Shown: piece by piece, positions 26,260 through 40,508 of the stretch
Numbering within the stretch: the stretch's first letter is position 1
Layout: each line of letters starts with the position of its first letter
Origin: Octopus sinensis
Taxonomy: Eukaryota
Direction of reading: 5' to 3'
NCBI RefSeq assembly: GCF_006345805.1
Contig: NC_042998.1
Span: 119,412,001 to 119,476,000, forward strand
DNA length: 64,000 bases
The notes under the pieces: generated by a model
Database searches by the model: none
Told to the model about the DNA's origin: nothing
What the model saw: the letters and a program-made list of their open reading frames with translations, nothing else
Translations under genes and position numbers: made by a program

Positions 26260-28092
26260 TAGTAAAAAGTGAAAAAAACTACAGAAGGCTTGTTTTAAAA
26301 GGTTAAAAAATATATATTTGAGTCATTATGTCAGAAGAATGTTAGAAATTTTTTTCATACAATGACATAGTAATTGCGATTTATGAGTAGAACTAATATA
26401 AGTTCTGTAATGTGTATGTTATTTAGAGAGGGATTATAAAGTTGTGCGAAGATGTAAAGAAATTTCTCTTTTGAGATAACGACAGGTTTAAAGTATTTCC
26501 AGATTTAAGATGCCTTAAGACTGAAAGAATTGACTAGCTCAGGTTGTTTATTGATCAATTGGAATTTGATTATGAATTGCGGATTTGGAAAGATTTGTGT
26601 ACATAAGACTTACCATGTGATAGAATTTTATACTGGATTTTGAAAGGTTTGTAATAATTCAAACAACATAATTTAGACGATGGTGTGATCACGTATTTTC
26701 TTCTAGGGTTACGAAGCGAATTCCTGTATTGACTAAATCTGTTTTTGAAAGAGCTTGCAATTAATCCAATATAAGACAGAGGTTGTATCTGACTTGCACT
26801 ATAGTGCAATAGACAATCGGAAACTCGTCGCGTGTGTGTGTGTGTGTACACCCTAAAGCTGTAGCAGAAAACACTTGCTTAAAGAGCTAAGCTGTAAGGT
26901 CAATCCCACAACCACGGCTTTGCAAAATGAGTTTCTGAACCCCACAACCATGCCTGCACTGATGCATAACTCTCTGTTGTTATAATACATCTTTCTCCTC
27001 CACGATAGTGTTCATATTTGTCAATTCAGCTTCCCTTCTTGTGTCACAAGGAATTGTTATACACTCAGAATCTCTATACAGTAATTCTTCGCGTAACCTC
27101 AAGATACTATTGCTTTCACTTTTGAATATACATGTTATGTAATTCTTTTCTCTCTTCACTTTTCAATATAAGTTCCCTATGAGATACAACGCTTTGCTCT
27201 AAGGCTGTTTGAAATTGCTTTAAGTCGCTACCTCAGTTTCTCCATCTGACATAGATCCTGTCGGTGTCACTGTTGATGTTTAAGCTTCCAGTGGTGTTTT
27301 GTTTTATATCTTTCTAGTCTTGCTATCCAATTTGCGGAAATTTTCATGCATCCAGACTAATTTCCGAATCTTCATCTTATCACTCTTTTTAACTCAGGCA
27401 TTTGACTTTATTCAAGTGGTTAATGATGTACTCACTGCTGATAGATTTAAACAACTTTCTTCTAATGCCCAATAGGCTATTTGGCCTACAGTAAGATGGA
27501 AAGAAACGGTTACCAGATTCTTGAAAAACTGGAAAAACTAGAAACCTCTTCCGTAAGCAAGTAAAGTATTTCCTCCTGAGACAACGATCTATTAGATTTA
27601 CCAGAAGAGAAGCTTTTCAACTCGATGACTGATGTTTGATCTAGGTCACTTGCTTTTAACACGTCAAGATCGTTTATGAGTTTAGAAAACGCCTTGACAT
27701 AAATTTCAAGGTCAAAATAAACGTATGAGTGATTGTAATGTGGAAGGCACAAGTTAGCCTACAAAGACCATTAACTTCACTTAAACATTTATTCGTTATA
27801 TAGTGTCAAACTTTTCGTCGCTCGAAACTGTGACTTGTTCACTGACAAAAAATTGTGAAAATTTTCGATAATATCGCGGTATATATCGCTTGCGATGTTT
27901 GTTTTGCAGTTGTTTTTGTTTTTGTTAGCATAAGTCAGCCGTTCTGGTTATCAATGACTTTTGGTATCTAGCTACCTTTCATATATTCCATCTGTCCTCT
28001 CTTCATTCTCTCTTGTCGACCTCATTTTTCCAAGAATACCATTTGAATCGTAGGTGGTGTCGGTGGTGGTGGTGGTAGTGGTGGTGGTGGTA

Positions 28093-28158
<66 letters not shown>

Positions 28159-31100
28159 ACTGTAGTGGTGGTAGCATTAGTAGTGGTAGTTATTGTAATT
28201 GTCGTGGTAGTGACAGAAGCGGCGGTAGGAGCGGCAAATTCTGTAGCAGTGATAGTAGCAAAATAGTACATGTACCAAATAGCACATATATGTACCAAAT
28301 AGTAAATATATGTACCAAAATAGTACATGTATGTACCATAATGTACTAACAATACTAGTAACTATAATCATAGTGACAACAATTGCAAGTACATATCCGT
28401 AAAAGTGTTAGCACTAGTGGGAAAGTCCAGTGGATTTTGATAGTTCTTAGCAACTAAGTTTCTTTTGCAAATTTTGGGGCTTGTCAGAGGATGATGAGAT
28501 TGCTTCAGATCCATTCATGATTGTAGGAATATGTTTGCCACAGATGAATATTCTATTAGTTATTTACCAGGATTCACGTGATCTGAGTCTCTTTTGATCC
28601 ACCCTCATTTGAACAGATCCAGTATGGTCAGTACTGATTACGGGCATTGCGGAAGGTTGCTAAATATGCGTCATACCCATTTTGGAGGTGTGCTTGGTGA
28701 TAGTTTATGTGATTAATACAACATTCCTGAGTATACCAGGATTAAGTATTGTGTGATAGCATATAGCATCGGGAAGATATTTCCAGACAGCTGCTTATAT
28801 TGTGGGTTACAGCCTCAATATCAAATTTTCGGAGTCTGCACCGATTATTACATCTGATACTGAATCATATCTTTTTTGTGCATCGTGTACTTTATTGTTA
28901 TTTTCTGTTCCCAGATCGCAAAAGTTTTCCCTTTAAACGAGAGTTAATATAACGCTTGTTATATTAATATATTATATACATTACTGTCATTTTGAGGTTT
29001 TCTGACATAACCATGCATAACTTTACCCTGATAAGCAGAAAGCTATTGGTCAGATGTTCAGTTGCGATAGAGCTATGCAATTTTGCTGGATGTGAATCTT
29101 TTGAAGTCACAATACTTTTCAAGGATCTCCTCTCTAACTTTCATGCTGCTGTTTGCATCATGCATAGAGCTCTGTTCCATGGATAAATGCGACAGCTGTA
29201 GCCAGCAGACACTATCGAACGTTGTTTGGATCGATAATAAACTTCTGTCTCTTCGATTCCTTAGGTTTCCTTCTTTTCTCTTTTTTTGTTTTTTGTTGTT
29301 GCTAGCCTGGTCAAACGGATTCAAGCGAAACTAACCTGTCTTGATTTCAGACACACTGCATCTAGAACATTAAATAATGAGTTATACCGAATATTTCTAC
29401 CCAGTTCGTTACTCATTTAGTTTATATATTTGTTTTTGCAACTGTTGTTTAGCAGACGATACCTATGTACCGCACTGCAATCAAAGGGTGTCTGCAATGA
29501 TATTTTGCCTCACTTAGACACCAATTAACTAACTTAAGCTAATTTATTAAGCAATTCACAAATTACGTAATTAATTATCTAACTAAATACTCACGTTTTC
29601 ATTTAATTAATTAACTAACATCTTAATTAATTAATAACTAATTGTCTAAGCAACTTGCTCAATAATTATCTGTTAATACTCGCTAATTAAGTAGTTAATC
29701 AACCAAACCATTAAGTAAATCATCAATAAAACAATAAATCAATAACCCAATAAATGAAATATCCCAGCCATGTTACTTACAACTGTCATGGTACCATCAT
29801 CATGGACTTCTCTGGTTGTTATAACCTCCGAGTCACTCCATTCGGTAATGGTCTCCTGTATTTTGTTGTCAGTAAGTTTCGTTACCACACACTGAAGATG
29901 AACAAAGAGATAGATTAGAGAAAAAGATTACTGTGAAGATGAACAATATTAATTCTTTGACTTATTAGCTCAGAATTAGTTCAGAGGCACAACAGTATAA
30001 AAAATAAGAGGTTGGACAAATATATTTACCATATTTTGATGGCTGCTTAAAAGGCGCTATTTTCTCAAAAAACATATCCCTGAACATCAGTTTGCGTTTT
30101 ATAAACGCAGCAACAGGATTGGATTATTGGCGAATGATGGTTCAGGGCTGCATAGCTCAACAAAGTAAATTTCAGGCATCTCTCTTGCGAAATTGCTTTC
30201 GAATTATAGTAGTATTTTCGAGGTTTGCAACACATATCAATAGTACTTCATATAAAATAACACCTAGGAAAAAAATTACGTGACAACTCTTGACCATACA
30301 CTTAAACTAGTGGCCGGTTCTATATCACTGTGTTTCACTTGTTGGAGGTCAGCAGTCATCATAAAATTTAGTTGGCAGAAACGATCCTCTTTTATTATAA
30401 CACAATTGAGACAGACCTCTTTCATAAAATGATTTAGCTTAAAATACAATATTTACAATTGTTGATAAGTTACAATTAATAAAATTTGACACGGAAATGG
30501 TAACGGACCTGCTAGAAAACATTTTGGATCACATCCAGATGAGACAATTATACATAACTGCCGAAAAAAAGGACAACTACTCCAGCAAGCAGTGAAACCG
30601 AAGCATAACTTCCGCAGACACACACAAATAACTTTTATACTAAAGCAAAATTAATTGCAAAAGAGCGTGAGAATATTTCAAAAACTGAGGGATGGTATGA
30701 TAGATTTACGTAACGGAATGGATTAGTGATGTGATCTAGTACAGAAATAACACAAACGTATGTGGAATGTGAGGGCAAAATATTTAAGTTTCACAAATAT
30801 ATTATAAACTTTTAGAAAAGAAAAACAATTTTGAAATAAGATAGATAGCAAACATGGATGAAGTTTTACTGATGTCTGATGTCCTTACTTATACGACATA
30901 ACTGACTTTTTTTTGATAGCCCAAATTACCACCTTTACTAAAACTAAAGAGAAAAAACATTAATCAAAGGACTTATTTTGTTAATCATGTTCACCCTATA
31001 GAATGGATGGATAGGGTAGTTGCTTGAAAAGTTGTGTTTACAGCAACCTGATGGAATCCTCAAAAGAGACGTCACTTCTTATATAGGACCAGTACTCGGC

Positions 31101-34100
31101 TTACTTAACAAAAGCCATTAAGTGTGAAGGAAAAAGCTTAAAAGTAAAAATTATCGTTACACTAGGAACATTAACATGTCAACCAAACCTCCTTGATGTA
31201 TCAATTAAAAAATTGTTTTCGGGGGTTGCATGGGAATAAATGGACTGCACTCCATAGCAATTAAATAACGGCATCAAATCCTATCAAGAGGCCTACAATA
31301 ACCAGTAGGTCAAAATACTTGTGATATGATTAAAACAGAGACACTTGTACAGTCATTCAAAAAATATGACAATAACATTGAGAGCACAGAGTATGATCTA
31401 GTGTGTGAAGAAAATTATTCTTTTGATTTTGAGAATATTTGATGACAATGAGGATTACATGGCTGACAGGACCATACTTCAATTTGTTCCTGTCCTTGAC
31501 AAAATCACAGACTACACCATACACGTGATCACAAAAACACAAATTTCATTACTTGCGAAGTAAACACAGTGATGCCACTCTGCACACTGCCTCATTAAGA
31601 TTACTTCTAGTTCTCACTGCGAGCTATAAAACTAGCCTGGAAACTTTTTGATACCACCTCGTGAGCTGGCAGAACCGTTAGCACGTATTTCGTCTGCCGT
31701 TACGTTCTGAGTTGAAATTCCGCCGAGGTTGACTTTGCCTTTCTTCCTTTCGGGGTCGATAAATTAAGTACCAGTTACGCACTGGAGTCGATGTAATCGA
31801 CTTAATTCGTTTGTCTATCCTTGTTTCTCCCCTCTATGTTCAGCCCCTTGTGGGTAATAAAGAAACATATATTATATTATGTATTATATCATATTATATT
31901 GACTATTGACTATTGTTTTTATATAACAAAATTTAAATATCTTCATGTTTCAGAATTTACCAGTACTGATTTACAATTAAGAGTTTTGAAACAAAGATCG
32001 CGTAATAAATTTATATATTGGGAGAATGGCTTCATGCTTTCTGAGGAAGAAGTCATGTGTATAGCCATGGGGCACCCCATTAACACCAATAGTGAGCGGT
32101 GTTCCGCAGGCACTGTTCTGGGACCACTACTGTTCATAATGGCCCTCTCAGACATGCCCTCACCACGCAAGAGCCACGATCACAAGTTATGCAGATGATA
32201 TACAAAAGTTTCACAGGCAATACAGAACCCTGAGGAACACTAAACACCTGCAATGTGAGCTGGACCGAAATATACAAGTGGGCTGAAAGAAATAGCATGC
32301 AGTTCAATGCTGGAAAGTTTCAAGCTTTATACTATCAGCATGCAAAACTGAATGCAATACCCAATGAATACACTGGACCCGGAGGGATTGCAATCCCAGA
32401 GGCACAATCAGTGCGTGACTGGGTATTCACATGAGTGATGACGCGACCTTTCATGTCCATTTGCTAAACTGACAATGAAATGTAGACGGCTGGCTGGATG
32501 TATTCTATAACCTTTAGAACAAGAGAACAAGAAACCATGATGGTCCTCTGGAAGACACTTGTCCTAAGCCACTTGACTATTGCTCTCAGCTATGGTCACC
32601 ATCCAGTGTCAAGTTGATCACAGACTTGAGGCGATCCAACGAGCTACCCAAAGAAGATAGCCTCTATGCAGAATGTAAGCTACTGGGAAAGACTCAAGAG
32701 ATTAAAATTATATTCCCTGGAGCGTAGGCGGGAAAGATATGCCATAATATACATCTGGAGATCCTGGATGGAAGTTCCTGACTTTGGCATCGAGAGTTAC
32801 GCAAATGCCAGAACTGGGCGCCACTGCTTGGTGCCTAGGACTCCAAACCTGCCATCAAGATTTAGGACAAGATTCTGTGATAGCCTGGGCTTCCGAGGCC
32901 CACAGCTCTTCAATATCCTCCCGAAGAACCTGAGAGACCTGCATGGGGTGGATACAGATGTCTTTAAAATGAGCTGGCCTTCCTGTCAGGTGTCCTAACC
33001 CAGATGAACCAACTTCACGGCAGGAGGGGCAGATGAGGGCAGCTGCATCGAACTCTCTATGCCACCAAATAGCAGTTGCTAGAAAGCCTCCATGAAGTGA
33101 AACCAAGTAGCACCCAAATGGCGGTGCCCCAGCGGCCACAGCTCATAGGCTGAAACTGGAATCATCAATCAATCAATCAATCAATCAATCATAAGAAGTT
33201 TTTGTTCATAAATAAATAAAAAAAAGATATTATAACCACTTTATAGAACTAATTTAAACTATTTTAAATTAGCCGAAATATGTAGGGGATTAATTTTAAT
33301 TAGAAATATAGCAACGAAAGGCTTAAGGTTTTTAATGGGAAATAGTTAATATTTCACTATAGATCTTAGTACATCAAACTTTAAAATGACCTGATTGTAA
33401 AGTGGGTGACGAATGTCAGTGAAAAACAGGCTTTGCAGAGACTTTTTTAAGAAAAGGATTCGCATTATTGAGGTGCGTCTTATAAACCAACGAATAGGTA
33501 ATGAAAAGCTAATTTTAAACAGTTACCTGAAAACATTATACGATGAGGAAAAAAATAATATTAGTCATTAACTAATATCATTTTTAATTATTTTTGCAAG
33601 TACCGAAGTGAAACAACCTCTTTGGCCTTATTGGGATTTCACCGGTGAAGCACAGTCATTACTGTATGTGCCGAAGTAGTGATGGAACGATTACTCTGTA
33701 GGTGTATAATAATGTACAATAGATGGTGCTGAACAATAGAATTGCTTGAGCTTTTCTTTTTTTCTGCGTAATTCTTTTTTTTTTTTTTCTTTAAACAGTC
33801 CTAATTTTCTGACAGCAAGCGTACTTTATTATACATTTACTTCGTGCTTTTCCTGGTTACATTTATGCTACACTGGAGAGATTCCAGTAAGATCTAAACA
33901 TACCTGGCACTCTTTCCCCACACATGCCCTTACATTATGCAATAATCAGCGAAGAAGCAATAAAGGTGGCCTGTTTTCTTAGCTTGCAATGATGAATTCA
34001 AGCCATGTGGCTTTTGAGAAACAGTTTTAAGAATCAAGTAAGTGCTTACTGTGAAAGTTGTACCCATCAAATCAGTGGACGAATAAGCTTCGTTGAATTT

Positions 34101-36310
34101 ATAGATGTAAACTTTCGGTTCTGGCATACCTTCAACAGAAATTTTGCAAACCCATTTGTCTCCATCGTTGTCAAAATCAGTGATAAATCGAATTTTGGAA
34201 ACTTGATCTCTTTTGTCCTTGTAAACTCCTGCAGTAAAAAGAAAACGTTATATGTATAATTCTTTCTGCTTTTGACACACTTATAATAATTTAATAATTA
34301 TGGTAATGGTTTCAAATTTTGGCACAACACGCGCAATTTTGTGGGGATGGAAATGTTGATTACAGCGAACCCAGTGCTCAGCTAGTACTTCTTTATTAAC
34401 TCCCGAAAACATGAAAGACAAAGTTGATCTCGGCAGAATTTGAACTCCGAACGTAGAGACGGATGAAATGCCGCTAAGCGTTCTGCCAGCTTGCACCCTT
34501 ACGTTATGTATATAATAAATAACTTTATTTTATAGGGATTTTTTTAAATAAGTGTAGTCTGGGGTGACGGAGGGGTGGTTCTCATAAACCACGTAAAATA
34601 TCCGAGACTAATAACAGTGATTTGATTGGTGTTCAGTTTGAAGTACTACGAGTAAAAAGCCATTGAGTGAACCCTTTTAACTTTGTTTTGCTTTGTGTGG
34701 TGTGTGGAGTAGGCTTAAAATATTTTTTGGCTCAAAAGTGGCGAGCTGGCAGAAACGCTAGCATGCCGGGCGAAATGCTTAGCGGTATTTCGTCTGTCTT
34801 TACGTTCTGAGTTCAAATTCCGCCGAGGTTGACTTTGCCTTTCGGGGTCGATAAATTAAGTACCAGTTGCGTATCGGGGTCGATCTAATCGACTGGCCCC
34901 CTCTCAAAAAATTTCAGGTTTGTGCCTAGAGTAGAAAAGAATATTTTTTGGCTCAACACCGCTCCCTGGACCTTGACTGTATTTAACGGGCTTCATTCCG
35001 CTGCAAGCATAAGGGTCAGATTTCCAAAGGAATAACATCTCTTTCTATTACCCTTCCTCCTTTAAGTAAAAAAAAAATCAATGTTTGCATGAAAATATAG
35101 GGTTAAATGTAACAGCAGTCTTTACTATATTCGGAGCTATCGATCTGTGGATTTCAGCTAGTCGTTTAGCCGACTACCTGCTTACTGTATGTCTGCTCGA
35201 TTGGAGATGACCTTGGTTAAAACAACTGATTTCAAGCTTATAAACTATCAAGTATTGAAACAAAAGGATCTGATGAAAACGATGTTTTACATCGATAAAA
35301 AAAATATTGCAGATAATTCAAACATTGGAATAAGATTTATGTTATATGGAATAAGAGAAGTTCCGGAAATTGGAAACATTCAAGCAATAAATAATAGATA
35401 TCGACCGAACAAAATATGCAAGTTCGTCGAAACTTAGACAATGAACTTTGATGTTACAAGCAGATATATGCGGAGGAAAGAAAATGATAAAAATGCAACC
35501 CCGGATAGTAAATAAAGAAATATATTCAGAGATATTCATTTCGCTGTATACTTGTGATAGTATCATTCTTTTCTTTTTATTTACAAATATTTAAACTATA
35601 ATAAACTATTTAAAAGTGGAAACATATTCGTGGTTTTATATTATTACACAAATACATCGACTCGACTTCCCTGACACTGATAGTCCGAAACCTCTTACAA
35701 TTCAACACTAATTTATACTAATGTATGGTAAAGGGTAGACCCCTTCGGTCATGAATGACCCAGGAGATTTCACCTAGATTGCACCTAGAAAGTTACCCTC
35801 CGAGGAACAAGTCCGGGCAAGGTTGTTTATGGGAGACCAGCAGTCACCCATGCATACCAGCCTTCCCTCTCTACGCCACCGTTCCAAGGTACAACTCTTC
35901 ATTGCCAGCTGAATGAAGTGGAGCAGCGTGGAATAAAGTGTCTTGCTCAATAAGGTCTTCAGAAAAATGTTTTTTAGAAAGTCTGAGAAACTTTTCGGCG
36001 ACGACACAAACAACAGTAACACTGACACATACACACAAACTCACAACAGAAATGACGTCGTCAATGTAGTTGGTTTTGCCCAAGCTACCTCTAGTATTGA
36101 AATACGATCCAAGTAAGTTCAAATCCATCTGAGATCAACTATGCTTTACATTCTTCTGGGTTCGATTAAATTAACATAAATACTGAAGTCGATATAAACG
36201 ACTAATTCCATACCACCCACTAAAATTGCTGGTTTTGTGTTTAAATCATAAAAAATGATAGTAGTAATATAAATAAGAATAATAACCATTATTACTATTG
36301 TTATTATTAC

Positions 36311-36365
<55 letters not shown>

Positions 36366-39300
36366 GAGTGAAAGAGCAATGCATGCCATCAAAGATACGA
36401 AGTCCAGTATGCCAATCATAGCTACCCGTCTGATAAGGGTACACCAATCACGTGCATCACAACCATATGTGCGCAACATGGTGGTCTCATTTCATGATAA
36501 ACAGCAGGTGACATTGCAGGTGGGACCCAGTTAGAATTTTCTTCAAGTTGATTAGCCCATCCCACTCAAAAGGTCCCTGAATAAGGTTTGTTTGAGGATG
36601 ATGAACGAAACACCCATGTTTCCAGAAGTGATTTATTCAATCCCCCAAAGAATTCCTCTCGACAATTCCTTTAGAGCGTCTGACAAAAATGCTAACCGGT
36701 ATTTCTTCTAACTCATTACGTTCTGAGTTGAAATTCTGCCAAAGTCATCTTTCTCGTTCATTCTTTCGGGGCTGATATAACATAAAGTACCAGTTAAGTG
36801 CTGGGGTCAATGGCTTCGACAAACCTCTTCCTTGCAAAATTATAATCATTATTATTATTGCAGTATTAGCAGACATCTGTAGCACAGCCTCTTCCAACTA
36901 CCTAATATAAAGTGTGAAGTCATTGTCATTTTTATGATTAGCTGACATTGTTGAGGGGTAAACTTTATTTAAGGTACTGTAATTATATCTCTTCACTTAA
37001 TAACCTCAATTGAGAGCAGAACGGCACTCAGAAGATTTTTATAGCCTTACCCAATATTGCTACCTGACTTTTAACTCTTTATCAACCACTCAATAAGAAA
37101 CCTGAAAAGCAATTAATCAGTCAGTCCTGTCAGTTATCCATTTAGCCATTAAGCTATTCCTGCATTAAGAGGGTCATTACGCCAGTAATAAACACACGCA
37201 CCGTGCAAGTGTTTATTTTTGGCACCATGACTCTGAGATGCCTCAAATTTTGTTTCAACCCACGATTTCTCGTTAAGGATTTTGCAAGCTAAAATCATTA
37301 AGGAAATATCCCTACCTCATCACCCACCTATTTATCTATCAATCTGTATCTACCTACCTCTCTATCTTCTTGTATATTTATGTATTTCTATGTACATCTA
37401 GTTATATTATCTATCTATTTGTCTAACTGTCATATTACTAAATCTATCTACTTATCTACCTATCTTACTCACGCTACCAGTTCTTCTCACCATCTATTAC
37501 ACCAACCATCATTCTTCCTCGTTAATTCATAGTACATCCCGCCTCTCACACAAACGACATCTTTCTCAAACACTCTTCCCTATAACCTATACTTTATTCT
37601 TATTCATCATGATCGCCATTCCATTTCTTTCTGTCTCCACCACTTACCCAATTCACCCCCTTTTCACTTCCGCCGACCATTACACTATTATCCTATCGAA
37701 AATCTTGTGCGAACCATTAGACATTTTCACTCTTCGAGGACATCAGGCTTACTGATATCAAAAAATTCTTCTTTGATTTTATTACCAATGTTGTTAATTC
37801 AGAACCTCACTAGTTTCTTCAGATTCCTGACTTTAACTAATACCAGCCTCGATGTAAAATTGTTCTCCCCGTCCTTGACGAGCGTAAACTATTTCCCTGT
37901 ACTCTCACTTTAAAAATAATATGGCTATTCTGTAGGGAATACGAGAAGAAAATCCTTAAGAAACTTTTTAAAGGAAAAGAAGAAGAATTCTGTTATGGTA
38001 TCCATGTTATATTCTTTCAACCCATTAAATGAAGTATATTGTTAATGTTAAATGTTTAATGTGATTTTATTATATGTCGCCATCTTTAGAAAAAATATGC
38101 CTCATGGATGTAGTTGAATTGAGGAAAGGCTAAAGTGCGTTAAACTGTGTATCTAAGTGCGTCTTTCAGTTCGATAATAGAAACTTGTCGAGATGGTTGC
38201 ATCTTGTGAAATCTCTGGCCTCAAGAATAAGAGGTTGGTGCAGTTCTTCAATCTAATAAAGATATGTGTTCTTTCAGCTATGCAAAACCTGCACTTTTTG
38301 ACCCGTTTATGAATATTCTAGATCTCTTTTGATGCTCCATACAATGATGTTGATATTCGGTAGTCTTTCAGGTTCCACATACAGCTTGCTAGCTTTGTGC
38401 TTTTTTGCGTGTTTAAAAGAAGGCGGGTGGTTGGTGTATCCATTTATGAAATCATTTTCTCTCAAGCCAAAATATTCTTTCGGTTTCCTTATTTGGGTAA
38501 CGGAGGTGACCCCCGGCTTCGTAGACGATTGAGTTAACACTACATACCTGATCTAATGGGCATGTATCTGGGTTTCTGAAGTTGAGGTCAATATTCTTCA
38601 TTTAACAGTTTAAAGGGACATATCATAAATTTCATTAAGAGTTATATTCCTTTGCCTCAAAATGTTTCTTAACGGTCTTTCTCATTTTTGCCCATATATT
38701 TTCTCGTTTTTTTTTCTTGCTTTTTTTTCTCATACTCCTTGCGGAGTAACCATATTATTTTGAGTCTGAGCAATTACAAGCTCTGATCAAAATGAGATTT
38801 CATCAGAAACCACTTGATTACGAAGCGGTGTGCTTAACCATATTGCTATACCTACACCAATACAGAATTATTTTTTTAAATGAGGCCAAATAAGCTATAC
38901 ATCAATAAGCTATACATCTCAATATTTTGGATTGAGAGAAAATGATTCCATAAAAGGATACGCCAACCACCCGCCTTCTTTTAAACACGCAAAAAAAGCA
39001 CAAAGCTAGCAAGCTATATGTGGAACCTGAAAGACTACCGAATATCAATATCATTGTATGGAGCATCAAATCTCTACATCAAGGAAATATTATTTTCAAT
39101 CAGAAAGTGAAATAAAGAATAACTAAAATGAAACAAAATGAAGGTTAAAATGAAAATAAAGATATACTCGCGGCACCATCAAGCCAGTATGTTATAGTGG
39201 GGCGTGAAATCTCGATGTCAGTAACTGGTTGTTCCAGTCATTCAAGGTAATTTATGAGTAGATTCGTTAAAGCATCATTTTTTAAGTTACGACCATTTAC

Positions 39301-40438
39301 GTTCTGGATTTAAAATCCACCAATATCAATTTTGAACTTCTTTCTCCTAGTATATATCAAATTAAATACCAGTACTAACTATTATCATTGATTTATTCGA
39401 CTGAAACAAATGTCTTACACAATTCTTGAAGCAAGAGAGTACGGCTGAAAATACAGAACAAATCTTTTTAATTCTGCTTTGGCTTTAAGTGCGGATGAGG
39501 TTATGCACACCAACGGCCCCCATATTTCTCTGAGTAGTGACCCTTGATATTATGAGTTAAGTAATATTTGATATAAACATTGTAGGGACTACTCAAAATT
39601 CTAATTTCTTAAAATTATAATCGAAATGAAGAGAGAATTGTAAGAAAAAGAAATCTTGTGTCAAATGAGATACGGGGTACACTAATTGATTACGAATTAA
39701 TTCAATGGAAATCCCTACTTGATTATCAATTAATTCAATGGAAACTTGCAATGGGTGGTATTGCATCTTTGGCATGTAATATTTTCGCTAAAACATTAAA
39801 TCACTAAAGTACAACTATTTGCTTAACAGTTAACATATGTGTGATGATGCGTGTGTGTGCGTGCATGTTTTTGTGTGTATGTGTGTGTGCGCGCGTGCGT
39901 GCGTATGTGCGTACATATATTTATATAGATATGTATATGTGTGCTTGCATGTATTTATGTGTGCATGTATGCATTGGCGCCCATTTGAAACATCATTAAA
40001 TTAAGATAAGAACATATTTGTCAAGCATAATTTATATACAAACTAGCTGTAGTAATTTGTCTCGGAGAAACTACACTTCGAAGACGCGTTTGCTAAAAAC
40101 ACAGCACGCTCAGAATAAGGTCAGCGGATCGTTAGACATCGGGGTTTCGACTTGATTTAACCTCCTCAGTAACAGAAAGCAGGGTTCATTCTGGGCTAAG
40201 CTGAAACTCAAATTCCAATAAAAAAATAAAATAAATATCGGCAAATAAAGCATTCGCTGACTTGTGTAGAGTTTGGGCAGGCTTAAGCTAAATCCCTATA
40301 GGTACTTGATAAGCATTAGATCAAAAGAACGACGTAAATGTAATTTATGATGTATAATGTGTTGTATATAGAACACCGCTAGTGTATGTGTGTATGCATA
40401 TATATGGTTGGTGTACATTAATAATAATAATGATGATG

Positions 40439-40508
<70 letters not shown>

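Noticed and set aside
27280-27752. Minus-strand coding-like segment, possibly RT of an RLE LINE
   Set aside because: No diagnostic motif, and its position is out of order relative to the 28400 remnant
28260-28350. Regularly spaced ~20-bp repeats as a possible CRISPR-like array
   Set aside because: Units are contiguous with no unique spacers, in eukaryotic DNA with no cas genes; an ordinary minisatellite
28990-29330. Overlapping ORFs on both strands; [13 protein letters not shown] vaguely like a Polinton polymerase-associated motif
   Set aside because: Multiple stops, similarity too weak, and it does not fit the FABP splice frame
33890-33975. AG...GTATGT bounded candidate exon in FABP intron 2
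   Set aside because: Stop codons in all three frames
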